Of a stretch of DNA of 64,000 bases, positions 1 to 11,435 are shown piece after piece (position 1 is the stretch's first letter; each line of letters begins with the position of its first letter). The stretch spans positions 33,108,001 to 33,172,000 of the forward strand of contig OX597836.1 of NCBI GenBank assembly GCA_951406725.2, read 5' to 3'. A program made the translations under genes and the position numbers. This DNA comes from Octopus vulgaris (taxonomy: Eukaryota). Under the pieces are notes generated by a model, which did not search any database, had not been told where the DNA came from, and saw only the letters and a list, made by a program, of their open reading frames with translations.

Positions 1-229
1 ATAAATGCCCTGGTGCAGTACCAGGCAGTGGCTCTCGTGGCTTCTGATCTTAACTGATTGAAAGTGTTACCATGTACATAAATATTGTGAAGATGCATGG
101 GCTAGTGGTAGAGTGTTGTAATCATGATTGTGAGATTATTATCTTCAACTCAAACCTTTTAAGGCGGTCCTCCAACATGGCCGCACGCAAATGACTGAAA
201 GAAGTATATATATATATATTTATATATAT

Positions 230-264
<35 letters not shown>

Positions 265-286
265 AATAGTGAAATGGGAGAGTATA

Positions 287-895
287 AATATGTCCCTCCT
301 TTAAGAAACGGATTGGGTTTATTTACATTTGTGAAGAAATAACTCTAGCGGTGTCATATGAAATTGTCACCCATAATTATGATCCTAGTATCGATCTATT
401 GCATTTCTATCTATTTTAGATTTAGGGTTAGGGGTAGGGGGAAGGGTATCTTTTTTCTTCACAAATGTAAATAAACCTAATCTCTTTCTTAAAGGAGGGA
501 CATATTCATACGGCACAGAATGCTTTCACCTCAATGGACGGTCAGTGATTGGTTAAAATTGCCGAAATGCAAGAAATTAAAGACGAAATATGTTACAAAC
601 TATAGAATTTTCTCAAGAAAGCCAAGAGGAAATGATGTTTGATAAACACATTCTACCAGTATACGAAGTTTAAAATTTTTTAGTTACCTAGAAATTATGT
701 TAAAAACTGCTGTTCAAACTGAAAAGATCCACAGATTGGGTTTATTTACATTTGTGAAGAAAAAAAGATACCCTTCCCCCACCCCTAACCCTAAAACAGA
801 TTGAAATGCAATAGATCGATACTAAGGTCATAATTATGGGTGACAATTTCATATGATACCGCTAGAAAAAACTGCCGCTCAAACCGAAAAGATCC
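287..895. mobile_element. rearranged composite copy of the MITE at 4416-4823
   Basis: Three pieces in alternating orientation; TIR ends ...GAAAAGATCC at 730 and 895. Confidence 0.8.
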
Positions 896-2866
896 ATATA
901 CACACATACACCCACACATACATTTTCAAGATGGCGCATTATGATGAATGAAGGTAAAGTTCCCGAAAAAAGTTTGAAAACCTCTAAATAGATCGAAGTA
1001 ACTAAAAGTAAAGCGTTCTCTGGTTTAAATATATCATTTATTACGTCCAGTATACTATATTTAAAAAGGATATTTCCAATCTGATTCACCTGTGCACAGT
1101 CTGAGGCAAAAGTTTCCAACGTTAAAATATCAAATTCCACTCAACACGTGGTTTCGTCAAATGCGGCTCGAAAAGACAAAAACAGAAGCTGACTGCATCG
1201 GCCGTACTTTTCTCAAATTAATGTCCCGAAGACTGCTATTTGTTGCTCAAAATTCTAAATACAGGAATTATTTTAAACGATGGTTTGTTTACGTACTTTA
1301 TTATTATTATTTTTTTCGATTAAAAATCTCCTACGTAAAGACCGCTGAAGCTAAATAAATACTTCAGAAGATGGCAATATGGCATGGATGTAAGAGATAA
1401 AGTAGTGAAATGGAAGAATATACAGAATAAAAGGATAAAATGTCGGAAGAAATGAAATAAAGGCCACTTTGCTTCCATAATAGTTCAAAATTTCTCATGG
1501 CACCAACAGACAAAATGGAAAAGGCGTTGTCCCCAAGGATAACGAGGGAGACGCATTGGAACAACTATTCTGACTCGTTGAGATATGGACTGATGGCTAA
1601 GAACACTGGAGGTCTCAACTACCACAGGTTCGACCATAAACCTGTCGGAGAGCGAACCATACTTTTGGCAGTTTGTTTTTTTTTGTCTCAGCTCGACAAG
1701 CAGCTGAGCCTGGACTGATAGCTGACAACTCCGAGTTGCCACTACATGTGGAATTCCCAGATGAGGGGCCTACCACCACGGAACAGGAACATTGTCATAC
1801 CGTCCCCTCGGACTAACCCTGTGGACTTGAGCTGGGAAAGGGAAGCCTGCAGCACCTCGGCCTACGAAAGTGGAGAATTGTAATCTATTTTGTTTTTATC
1901 CAGCCAGACGCAAGGCAAGGTAAGAAAAATCCAAGTTTAGATCTTTTCTGTTTAGTTGGACTTTTTGAAATTTTAAAATTAAGCGAAAATTTTAAAATTT
2001 GGATTTATTGATATCATTTTTTTTCACGCTGAATCTCGGGGCCCAATTCATTATTTGTTCCAGGAAAATTTCTGTTTATAGTTACAGAGGTTTAAAGTTT
2101 GATAATTTTTACCCACTCAAAAAATAAAATTTGTAAGCTACCATTGCGAGTGCAATGGCTACAATCCTAAGACGGCAAAACATCGTTACTATAGCACGTG
2201 TTTTGAGCATTTTATTGGCGAAAAATGGCTAAAAAGTTAGTAAGCAACGCATATTTTGTAGTTTTAGCATTCATTATGTATTTAATGCTAAACAAGAAAA
2301 TTGCAGCAAAGCTGTGTGGTCCAACGTGGCAAGTAGACCATCATATAACTAGTTAAACATATATCTTATCTGATGTCTCGATGGTGCACTTTTCCTGCTC
2401 CCTTTTGCTATGGTCTTTAGCCATACATTGGTGCTAGGAAACTGTCCGTGAACCCAGTAGTGTAGAATTTTAATTGCTAATAATTTCAAGTCGTATAATA
2501 AACCGTTTAATCTGTGCTGTTCAAGTTCAGTTGTTTTAAGAACATCAGATTTTGATAAAAGTGTTATTATTAATGTGACATCAAGTTGGCAGTGGGAATG
2601 GTGACAAATCCAACGAACAACATCGTCAGTTGTGAGGGACGACAAACGGACAACATCAGATGAATTTTCAATTCGGATATCATTTAATATCTGTTGCCAT
2701 CTTAATGAATATGGACAGGCAAAGAATTGAAAATATTACATGTTTTGGGGTTTTATATGCAATGGTTCTCAACCGGGGTCTATACGATCCTTGAGGGTCC
2801 ATATAAGATTGGGGCGGGGTCCACACGAGTTTCATAGTTGTAATTTAGGTGTCCATGAAAACATTT

Positions 2867-3021
2867 GGTAAAATTTTCGTGTAACACCCGCACGTTTTTC
2901 ACTAAGAAAAGAAAAAATAAACTCGGATTTTTTTGCATGGAATCAAGTACCCTGACCTCGTAATATGCTGCAATCCCATATTTGCAGCATAATCGTGCAG
3001 GTGTTACACGAAAATTTTACC
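2867..3021. mobile_element. 155-bp MITE with ~28-bp TIRs
   Basis: GGTAAAATTTTCGTGTAACACCCGCACG ... CGTGCAGGTGTTACACGAAAATTTTACC. Confidence 0.8.
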
Positions 3022-3141
3022 AATATTTTGCTTTAGATGTATTTTACTACAAGAACGAACTTGGTGTTTTTCTTTGGCAATATACTTAGTTCAGCCTACG
3101 CGAGTTAATGTATGAAAACCAAAATAGGAGTTTTGAAATAA

Positions 3142-3535
3142 TCTTTATATATAAAAGTCAAGTTGTGTGTCTGTCTCCTCCGATTTAGATTCCTAACTAC
3201 TCCCACATTTTGCGGTGCAGTTTAACCAAAACCGGGTATCTTATAGTTATGATTCATATCGAGCCCTTCTGGGTATTAGCGCGCGTCTACGATGAGTCTA
3301 CGATTTTAAAAATAATTTAACCATCATTTTTTTCCATTTTAATGCATATTTTTTAAATAAAAGGGAAGTAACTCTCTAAAAATGTCTACGATGAATCAAC
3401 GATTTAAAAAAAATTTACCATAATTTTTTTTCCATTTTTAATGCATTTTTTTGCTATTTTTTGGCTATAACTCTCTAAAAATGCTTTAGAGTTATTTCCC
3501 TTTCAAACCCGAGCAACGCCGGGCGATACTGCTAG
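3142..3535 (+). mobile_element. non-autonomous Helitron
   Basis: A|TC 5' end, 3' hairpin CCCGAGCAACGCCGGG, CTAG|T terminus; same 3' end as 12836-13190. Confidence 0.8.
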
Positions 3536-4099
3536 TTATCTATAAAACTAGTTTATGAACATTGAATGGCTATGGGGTCCACCAGAGTAGACGAGTGATG
3601 AAAGGGGTCCATAGATAAAAAAAAAAAGGGTTGAAAACCACTGGGCTAAAATGTCAGTTGTGGAACCCCGCCTGATAATATAAGATAAATCGATATCCAC
3701 TGATTGCTCGTAGTTGTTAAATTTACTGCACCTGGAATCCCCCACAAAAATACACAGGTTCTGTATCTGGGATTCCGTGAAAATTCGTCCGTTATTTACA
3801 GGGAATTCTGAGAAACCGAAGTGGGCACTGTCATGGTTCACTTAAAAAGGCACAAACTACTAGAAACAGTAAGTGATAGGGTGCCAAATATCTTGTCAGG
3901 ACAGTGATAGGAATATATGTGCATTTACAAGGCTATAAAAATCGTGAAATATAAACATATTATTTTATAGAACTTTTAACTAATATGCATTTATTAGGAA
4001 GTAGCTTCTGAAGTTCACAAGACAGTCGAGTCTTTCTTTCCATAAATCTTAAATAATTGCCCCGGTTTCTCTATGAGAATAGTATTGTCGTATTGTATA

Positions 4100-4900
4100 A
4101 CCTTCAATTTTCGGGTTATTTTCTGACGTCACTTAGTCGTTTCCGGTAGACGGCAATGTAGTTGCACAGAAACGGAGATTTCCTTTGTCAATATAAACAG
4201 TTCTTTCGCTTTTTCTTAATTTTTGCTCCGTTAACGCAGTGAAAAGTTAAGTAAACGGATATAGAACACATACTGTTATCTGTATAATTAAAACGGCTAG
4301 ATAAAACGAGATGTCACATGCGGACCTCCGATGGTAAGGAGTGCTTTGCGCTCTCGCGATAGTGAAAAAACAACAACACATATTGTAGTTTTAAGAGCAG
4401 ACAAAAAGAACCTGGGGATCTTTTCGGTTTGAACGGCAGTTTTTAAAAATAATTTCCACGTAACTAAACACTTTTAAACTTCGTATACTGGTAGAATGTG
4501 TTTATAAAACATCTTTTTCTCTTGGCTTTATTGAGAAAATTCTATAGTTTGTAAGATATTTGTTGTTTTTTCTTCAATCTCTGGAATTTCAACCAATCAA
4601 TGACGTCTATTGAGGTGAAAACATTCTGTGCCGTATGAATATGTCCCTCGTTTAAGAAACAGATTGGGTTTATTTACATTTGTGAAGAAAAAAAAGATAA
4701 CCCCCCCCAACCCTAACCCTAAAAGAGATTGAAATGCAATAGATCGATACTAGGGTCATAATTATGGGTGACAATTTCATATGACACCGCTAGAAAAAAC
4801 TGCCGCTCAAACCGAAAAGATCCGAAACTGGAAATAGTTCGTAAACACTAGTGTTTTTGTTCAGGATAGTGGTCGACGCTTCTCTTGTTACTATAGAAAC
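4100..4900. promoter_or_regulatory. candidate promoter (CRE, ETS, TCTCGCGA, RFX X-box motifs), split by a MITE
   Basis: TGACGTCA 4124-4131, TTCCGG 4141-4146, TCTCGCGA 4352-4359, GTTACTATAGAAAC 4887-4900; CpGs locally retained. Confidence 0.35.
4416..4823. mobile_element. MITE with GG-terminated TIRs and 8-bp TSD (Merlin-like)
   Basis: TIR GGATCTTTTCGGTTTGAACGGCAGTTTTT / AAAAACTGCCGCTCAAACCGAAAAGATCC; flanks GAACCTGG / GAAACTGG. Superfamily assignment is inference. Confidence 0.85.
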
Positions 4901-5299
4901 AACGTACTTATATGTCCGTGGCTTTCGATTGACCAAAATTTGCAAACTTTAAAGGCTATTAACTCTGTATTTATTGATTTACAACAAAAAATGAATTTCA
5001 TGTCAATAATTACCAAGAGAGAGCAGATAAGGAGGCCTGGGTTGCAAAAAGGATTAGGTCAGACCTTAAAGCTTTCTTTAACTTTGTCAAAGAAACGGCC
5101 GCCCTTATGCTACAAGATAGGGCCTCTCTTCAAAAAGAATGGCTCCCTCACAAGAAATTCAATGAGGATAAGCGGAAAAACTGAACGAACAGTTCCAGAG
5201 TATGTTCACTACTCCTTCGGGACGCAGGTAAGTGAACAAACTGGCAGATTTCTTTGCTGTTTCACCTGTAACCAAAGAGGCAATAATTGATTACAACAA

Positions 5300-7714
5300 C
5301 AGTGGATTAAAACTCAGCTGCTGGCCCTGAAAGATTCCCGACAATCCTTCTCAAATCATGCAAATAGACTCTTGCAAAACCACTGCAGCTTCTTTTCCAG
5401 ATCTCCCTTGCAAATGGTAAGCTCCCAGGCAAAATTGAAGGAGGGAGTAATATGCCCTATCCACAAAGGAAGAAGCGGAGCAGATGCTAAAGATTATAGG
5501 CCAATCTCTCTGACCGCACACATCAGCTTAGTTGTGGAATGAATAGTCCGCAGGAAACTAGTGCATTCTTTGAGGAGAATGACATACTGACTGACCCACA
5601 GCATGGTTTTTGACCAAGTAGGAGCTGCCTGATATAGCTCTTGCAGCACTATGACAGGGTGTTTAAACAGCTGCTCAACAACTCAAATGTAGATGTGATA
5701 TATCTTGACTTCACAAAAGCATTTGACAGTCGACTATGATATATATATGATATGATATGTCACCGACTGCGCGATCTCGGCATGGTTCGAAAACTTGGGG
5801 AATGGCTACATGACTTTCTAAAAGATAGAAGTCAGTTAGTGGTAGCCAAAGGAGCCACCTCATATGAAACAGTAACAAGTGGTGTTCCACAGGGTGCTGT
5901 CTTGGAGCCACTGCTATTCATAGTGACCCTCTCAGACATTCCCTCAGCTGCTCAGATAACCATCCTCCGTTATTTTCAGGGAATTCTGAGAAACCGAAGT
6001 GGTTCACTTAAAAAGGCAGAAACTACTAGAACAGTAAGTGATAGGGTGCCAAATATCTTGTCAGGTCAGTAATAGAAGCATATGTGCATTTACAAGGCTA
6101 TAAAAATCGTGAAATATAAACATATTATTTTATAGAACTTTTAACTAATACGCATTTATTAGGAAGTTGCTATGCAGATGACACAAAAACTTTCTCAGAG
6201 GATACAGAATCCTAGAGACATACATTGTGCATCTGCAATGGGAGTTGAATGCAATACACAGGTGGGCTGAGGACAATATCATGCAGTTCAATGCTAGAAA
6301 ATTCCAATCCCTGTGCTACCAGCACACAAAGCTAAATGAAATGTAGACAAGATACACTGCCAGGAAGGACTGCAATCATCATCATCATCATCATCATCAT
6401 CATTTAACGTCCGTTTTCCATGCCAGCATGGGTTGGACGGTTTGACCGGGGTCTAGTAAGCCATGGAGGCTGCACCAGGCTCCAGTCTGATCTGGCAATG
6501 TTTCTACGGCTGGATGCCCTTCCTAACGCCAACCACTCCGTGAGTGTAGTGGGTGCTTTTTACATGCTACCAGCACAGGAGCCAGAGCAGGCTGGCAAAC
6601 GGCCACGATCAGTTGGTGCTTTTACGTGTCACCGACACGGATGCCAGTCAGGCGACGCTAGTAACTGCCACACTCGAATGGTGCTTTTACGTGTCGCCGG
6701 CAAGGGTGTCTTAACTATAATTTCCATTTAAAATCAGTGCACGATCTGGGCTTTCATATGAGAAATGATGCATCTTTTCAGGTGCATATTACTAATTTGG
6801 CAATAAGGTGCAAAGAGCCAGTTGGATGGATCTGCTGAACTCTCATAATGAGGAACAGGAAACCAGGTTGGTCCTTTGGAGGACCTATGTCCCCAGCCAC
6901 TTAGAGTACTGCTCTCAACTATGGTTCCCACACAGTATAAAATTGACAGTCGACCTCAAAGCAATCCAGCAAAGCTACATAAAGAAGGTCATCTCAATGC
7001 AATGTGTTAGCTACTGGGGAAAAACTGAGAAAGTTAAGACTCTACTCCCTAGAACAGGGGTGGGCGAACTTTTTTGATCGCGGGCCGCACAGTGCGTCTT
7101 TGGAACCTTGGCGGGCCTCATTTATAAAAATCAAGTGAAAATATTTTTAAAGGCGGTTATAAACACACAATTGATTGAAAGGAAATTTTATGAAATATTC
7201 CTCTCGGCAGGCCGCATGAAAACCTATGGCGGGCCGTAGTTTGCCCACCCCTGCCCTAGAATGAAGGCAGGAAAAATATGCAGTGCTATACATCTGGAAA
7301 ATCCTAGAAGGCCTTGTACCAAAACTTTGGCATTGAGAATTACACAAACAGCAGAATAGGGTGCTGTTGCACATTGCCATAGATCCCAACATTGCCATCA
7401 AAATCCAGGACCAGATGCTGTAACAGCTTGAGCTTCAAGGGCCCACAGCTCTTCAGTATCCTTCTAAAATGCCTGAGAGACTTGCATGGTGTGGATGCAA
7501 GTATCTTCAAAACAAAACTGAATCTCCTATCAAGGGTTCCAGATGAGCCTACATTACGACAAGAAACACAGATGGGGGTAGCGACAGCAAACTCTGTCAT
7601 TCACCAAATGCCACATATCAGAGGAGGTTTCAAATAGTGGTGCAGCAAAGCCAACAGTGATGCCCCAGCATGACCGCAGCTTTCAAGCTGAAACTAGTTG
7701 AGGAGTTAAGGAGT
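5300..7714 (+). mobile_element. degraded LINE (CR1/L2-type RT and 3' end) with nested insertions
   Basis: Fragments DYRPISLT, QHGF, YLDFTKAFD (~5701), SGVPQGAVLEPLLF (~5880), YADD (6171), LEYCSQLW; many stops and frameshifts. Confidence 0.85.
7055..7253 (-). mobile_element. hAT MITE, deletion derivative of the 18502-19673 element
   Basis: TIR CAGGGGTGGGC; perfect 8-bp TSD CCCTAGAA; inserted in the LINE. Confidence 0.92.
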
Positions 7715-8126
7715 TCTATATATATAAATTAAAACAAAAAGTTAAATTCTGGTCATAGACTTACCAATGGTTTTTGTATCCACCAAAGCCAAAAGCCTTG
7801 TGGACAGCTTATCAGACTCGATACAAAGACAAAATTTAACTTTTTACCTCATGGACGTTTTTATACTTTAGCTGTTAAACCTTGTTATCTTAATGTGTCC
7901 TCATGTCCATGAGATAGTTAAATTTTGTCCTCGTATAGAGTCTGACGAGCTGACCACAAGGCTGTGGCTTTTGTGGATATGAAGCCTTTGGTAACTCTAC
8001 AATCAGAATTTAATTCTTTGTTGTAATAATTACTGCTAGATTCTTTAGAGTGTGTTTCTTTTCTGATATATGTTTTATTGACTATAAACATACATACATA
8101 TATATACATATATATATATATATAAA

Positions 8127-8322
8127 GCATGGTCGCCATGATAGATCATTAGCCACTACACACATTTTTTCTCTCCTTGTTTTTTCTGTGTCCCTTTCTG
8201 TAGAAGAGCGTAGGCTCGAAACATAAAAGACTTTCTCTATTCCTGAGCATTATACTAATACATCTGTTTGTTTTGTACACCATCTGTCTTCGTCTTTTGT
8301 TTTTTTCATAAACTCTCCCTAT
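8127..8322 (+). repeat. short repeat with degenerate minimal hammerhead-like motif
   Basis: CTTT-CTGTAGA-A-GAGC-GTAG-GCTC-GAAA-CATA-AAAG at 8194-8229; relatives at 9337-9530 and about 33720-33880. Confidence 0.55.
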
Positions 8323-9220
8323 ATATATAAAGCATGATTTATTTGCGTTCAGAGTTGTTCAGAAACCAAGGTACTACTGTATATACACAGAAAGACAGAC
8401 AGATATGTACACACGGACGCACACACACACACATATGTATATATGGGATACAGACATGCATGTATACACACAGGCTTGTACTTTACAGGTGCTGGGGCTG
8501 CATAGAATGCACTCCTGCCAGTGGTGCGTAAAAAAACACCCAGTACACTCTGTAATGTGGTTGGCCTTAGGAAGGGTATCCAGCCATAGAAACCATACCA
8601 CAATAGACAATTGGAGACTGGACAGCTCCTGTGAAACTGTCCAACCCATGCCAGCATGGAAAGCAGACATTAAGCGATGATGATGATGGAGAGAAACCGA
8701 GATAGAAAAATGATGACAGATATCTGTGGAGTGCAACGTCTGTTTAACAACAATGCAAGAATTGTAAATAAAAAAATTCCCACCTTCTAGCACCATCTCA
8801 AACACCCTAACAACAACACTAACAAGAACAATAACAACAAGATGGGGTTTAGAAGGGGAGAGGCAGGGGACGAGCAGGGGGTTTATAATGTTAACATTAT
8901 GTACAGTCATCTGGAACAAATAAAACCATCTGCTGTTTCGATTTGCAGTTGAGGAGAGCAGTTATTTACACATGCACACACGCATGCACATATGCAAACA
9001 GACAGACAGACGAGGATGATTGTCTTTGTATGAGTGTGGTATATGCACACAGGCTAAATTTCTGTCTGTGTGACTCTCTCTTGCTCTCTCTGAATATGTG
9101 TGTGTGTGTATACATACATACATATTTAAACATACATGTACATTCATGTAGGAATATATTTATAAATATGCATATGAATGTGTATATATATATATATATA
9201 TATATAACTGTAAATATGTA

Positions 9221-9275
<55 letters not shown>

Positions 9276-9336
9276 ATACATACATACATACATGTATATG
9301 CATGTATGTATGTGTGTATATATATATGTGTGTATA

Positions 9337-9527
9337 CCGTTGGGGATTTTTTTCCCTCTGTCTTCCTTTCATTGGATCTTCCCTTTTCCTATGTTTCTGA
9401 CGAAGAGCTCCGCTCGAATCATTAAATCCTCCTTCTTTCTTTCCTTTCCTGAGCGTCCAATAACACTATACTTGTTCCATGTCCTCGCGTTGTTGTGTTT
9501 TCTCTTTGTGTTTTCATGTTTGGATTA

Positions 9528-9530
<3 letters not shown>
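9337..9530 (+). repeat. short repeat with degenerate minimal hammerhead-like motif
   Basis: GTTT-CTGACGA-A-GAGC-TCC-GCTC-GAAT-CATT-AAAT at 9393-9427; embedded in (TA)n. Confidence 0.55.
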
Positions 9531-9566
<36 letters not shown>

Positions 9567-9937
9567 CTATGTAGAAGGAATTAAGCTTTTACATGGCACT
9601 GCATCAACACTTTCATGCGGCACCACACAAACACTTTCATGTAGCACTGCCACGAGCGCTTTTTGCCACCAGAAGAACTGGGTTTAACACTGCTGTGAAA
9701 TATTGGTCTTGAGTACAGCAACACGCCAGGTATTTCGGTTCTTTGTCATCTCGCCTGAGGGTATTCTGCAATACTTCATCCCATATCTTCCTGGGTCTCC
9801 CCTTTCCACGTGCATATATGGGTACAGGACATCACCAACTGTGCAAACAACATGAAATACACTTTTACTTGTCCTGTTTTCCATTTTCCTCTCGTTGTTT
9901 ACATATTTCATGTTTGCACAGTTGGTGACGTTCTGTA

Positions 9938-10045
<108 letters not shown>

Positions 10046-10384
10046 TACAATGGGCTTTTTTCAGTTTCTGTCTACCAAATCCATTGACAAGGCTTTGGTT
10101 GATCCAAAGTTACAATAGAAGACACTTGACTAAGGTGCCACACAGTGGGACTGAACCTAGAACCATTTGGTTGGGAATCAAGTTTCTTACCACACAACCA
10201 TGCTTGCGTCAATCGAATTCATTCACAAGGCATTTGTCAACCTGGGGCTATAACAGCTGATACTTATCCAGAGTGTCATGCAGTGGGACTGAACCCAAAA
10301 CCACATGGCTGCAAAGCGAGCTTCTTAACCACACAGCCATCCCTGCTAAACTCTCTTAAGAAAGACTGTGAACTATCCACCGAC

Positions 10385-10745
10385 AGCAGCACCACCACCA
10401 TCACCACCACAACCACCACAACTATCACCAAAGCCATCACCACTACCACCACCAGTTCAGTCATAACTATCACTACAGGCATCACCATTACCACTAGCGC
10501 CACCACTTCAATCACAACTATCGCCATGACATTCACCACTACCACCTCAATCACAACCACCACAACTATCACCACTACCACCACCACCACCAGTTCAATC
10601 ATAACTATCACTACAGGCATCACCACTACCACCTTAACTACAACCATGACAACTGTCACTACTGCCACCACCTCCACCATGACCAAGACTGTCACTACAA
10701 CCACCACCACAGCCACCACCACAGCCACCACCACCATTGCTGCTG
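10385..10745. repeat. degenerate (ACC/ACT)n trinucleotide low-complexity tract
   Basis: Gives spurious Thr-rich and Val-rich ORFs; similar tract at 57510-57790. Confidence 0.9.
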
Positions 10746-11435
10746 CCGCTGCCGCATCTACCTCCCCACCCTCTCCTTGTCCAATATTTTCTAATTTCTA
10801 AACAATTCAGTTTCAGTCCATTTACTTAATGCTTTGGTAAATATTTGTTTTCTAGGATATGTGGGGAGTGGGGAGAAGAAGGGTTGAAGTGAAGTGAGGG
10901 GTGTGAGTGGAATGTTTACAACCACCACCACCACCACCACAACTGTCACAACTACTACCACCAACACCACCATCGCCTCTAAATAAAAATGCCAAACCCT
11001 GGAACTGTCACCCCCACCACCACACGCAACACTGTCCCTGGCATCTATACCTACACTGCCATCACCACAACTACCACCGCCTCCACCACCACTGGCATCA
11101 ATGCCACTACCACTGTCAATACCACCACCACCACCAATGTCAATACTACCAACATAGGAGTTTCTTGATGTACCAGATGACCCGCAGTAAGTGAATCATA
11201 CACATTGTTTTGTCAGTGCCCCCCCCCCCCCCAGAAGGGATAAAAGAAAATACTCAACATGAATGGGGTTTGAACCTAGAAAGAGAAGAACTGGAAGAAA
11301 TACCTAAAAAGCATTTTGTCCAAAGTTCTGCCAATTTAGCAATGTTTCGGTTCCAAATTTTGGAACAAAGCCAGCAAGTTTGGCACTCCCTGACATGCAT
11401 GTGTGTGTGTATATATATAAATACATATATATATA

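Larger units (their letters stand above)
2760..3643. mobile_element. hAT-type MITE with nested insertions
   Basis: Termini CAATGGTTCTCAACC ... GGTTGAAAACCACTG; related copies at 24583-27047 and about 28767-29146. Confidence 0.7.

Noticed and set aside
421-440. Telomeric TTAGGG repeats
   Set aside because: Only two units, and they are an internal part of the MITE (also near 783 and 4709).
920-1260. Selenoprotein reading of the in-frame TGA codons
   Set aside because: No redox motif context or recognisable SECIS; CpG decay is the simpler explanation.
10145-10801. 218-aa Thr-rich ORF resembling a mucin
   Set aside because: It starts in SINE fragments and runs through a trinucleotide tract that is open on both strands; no splice or domain support.
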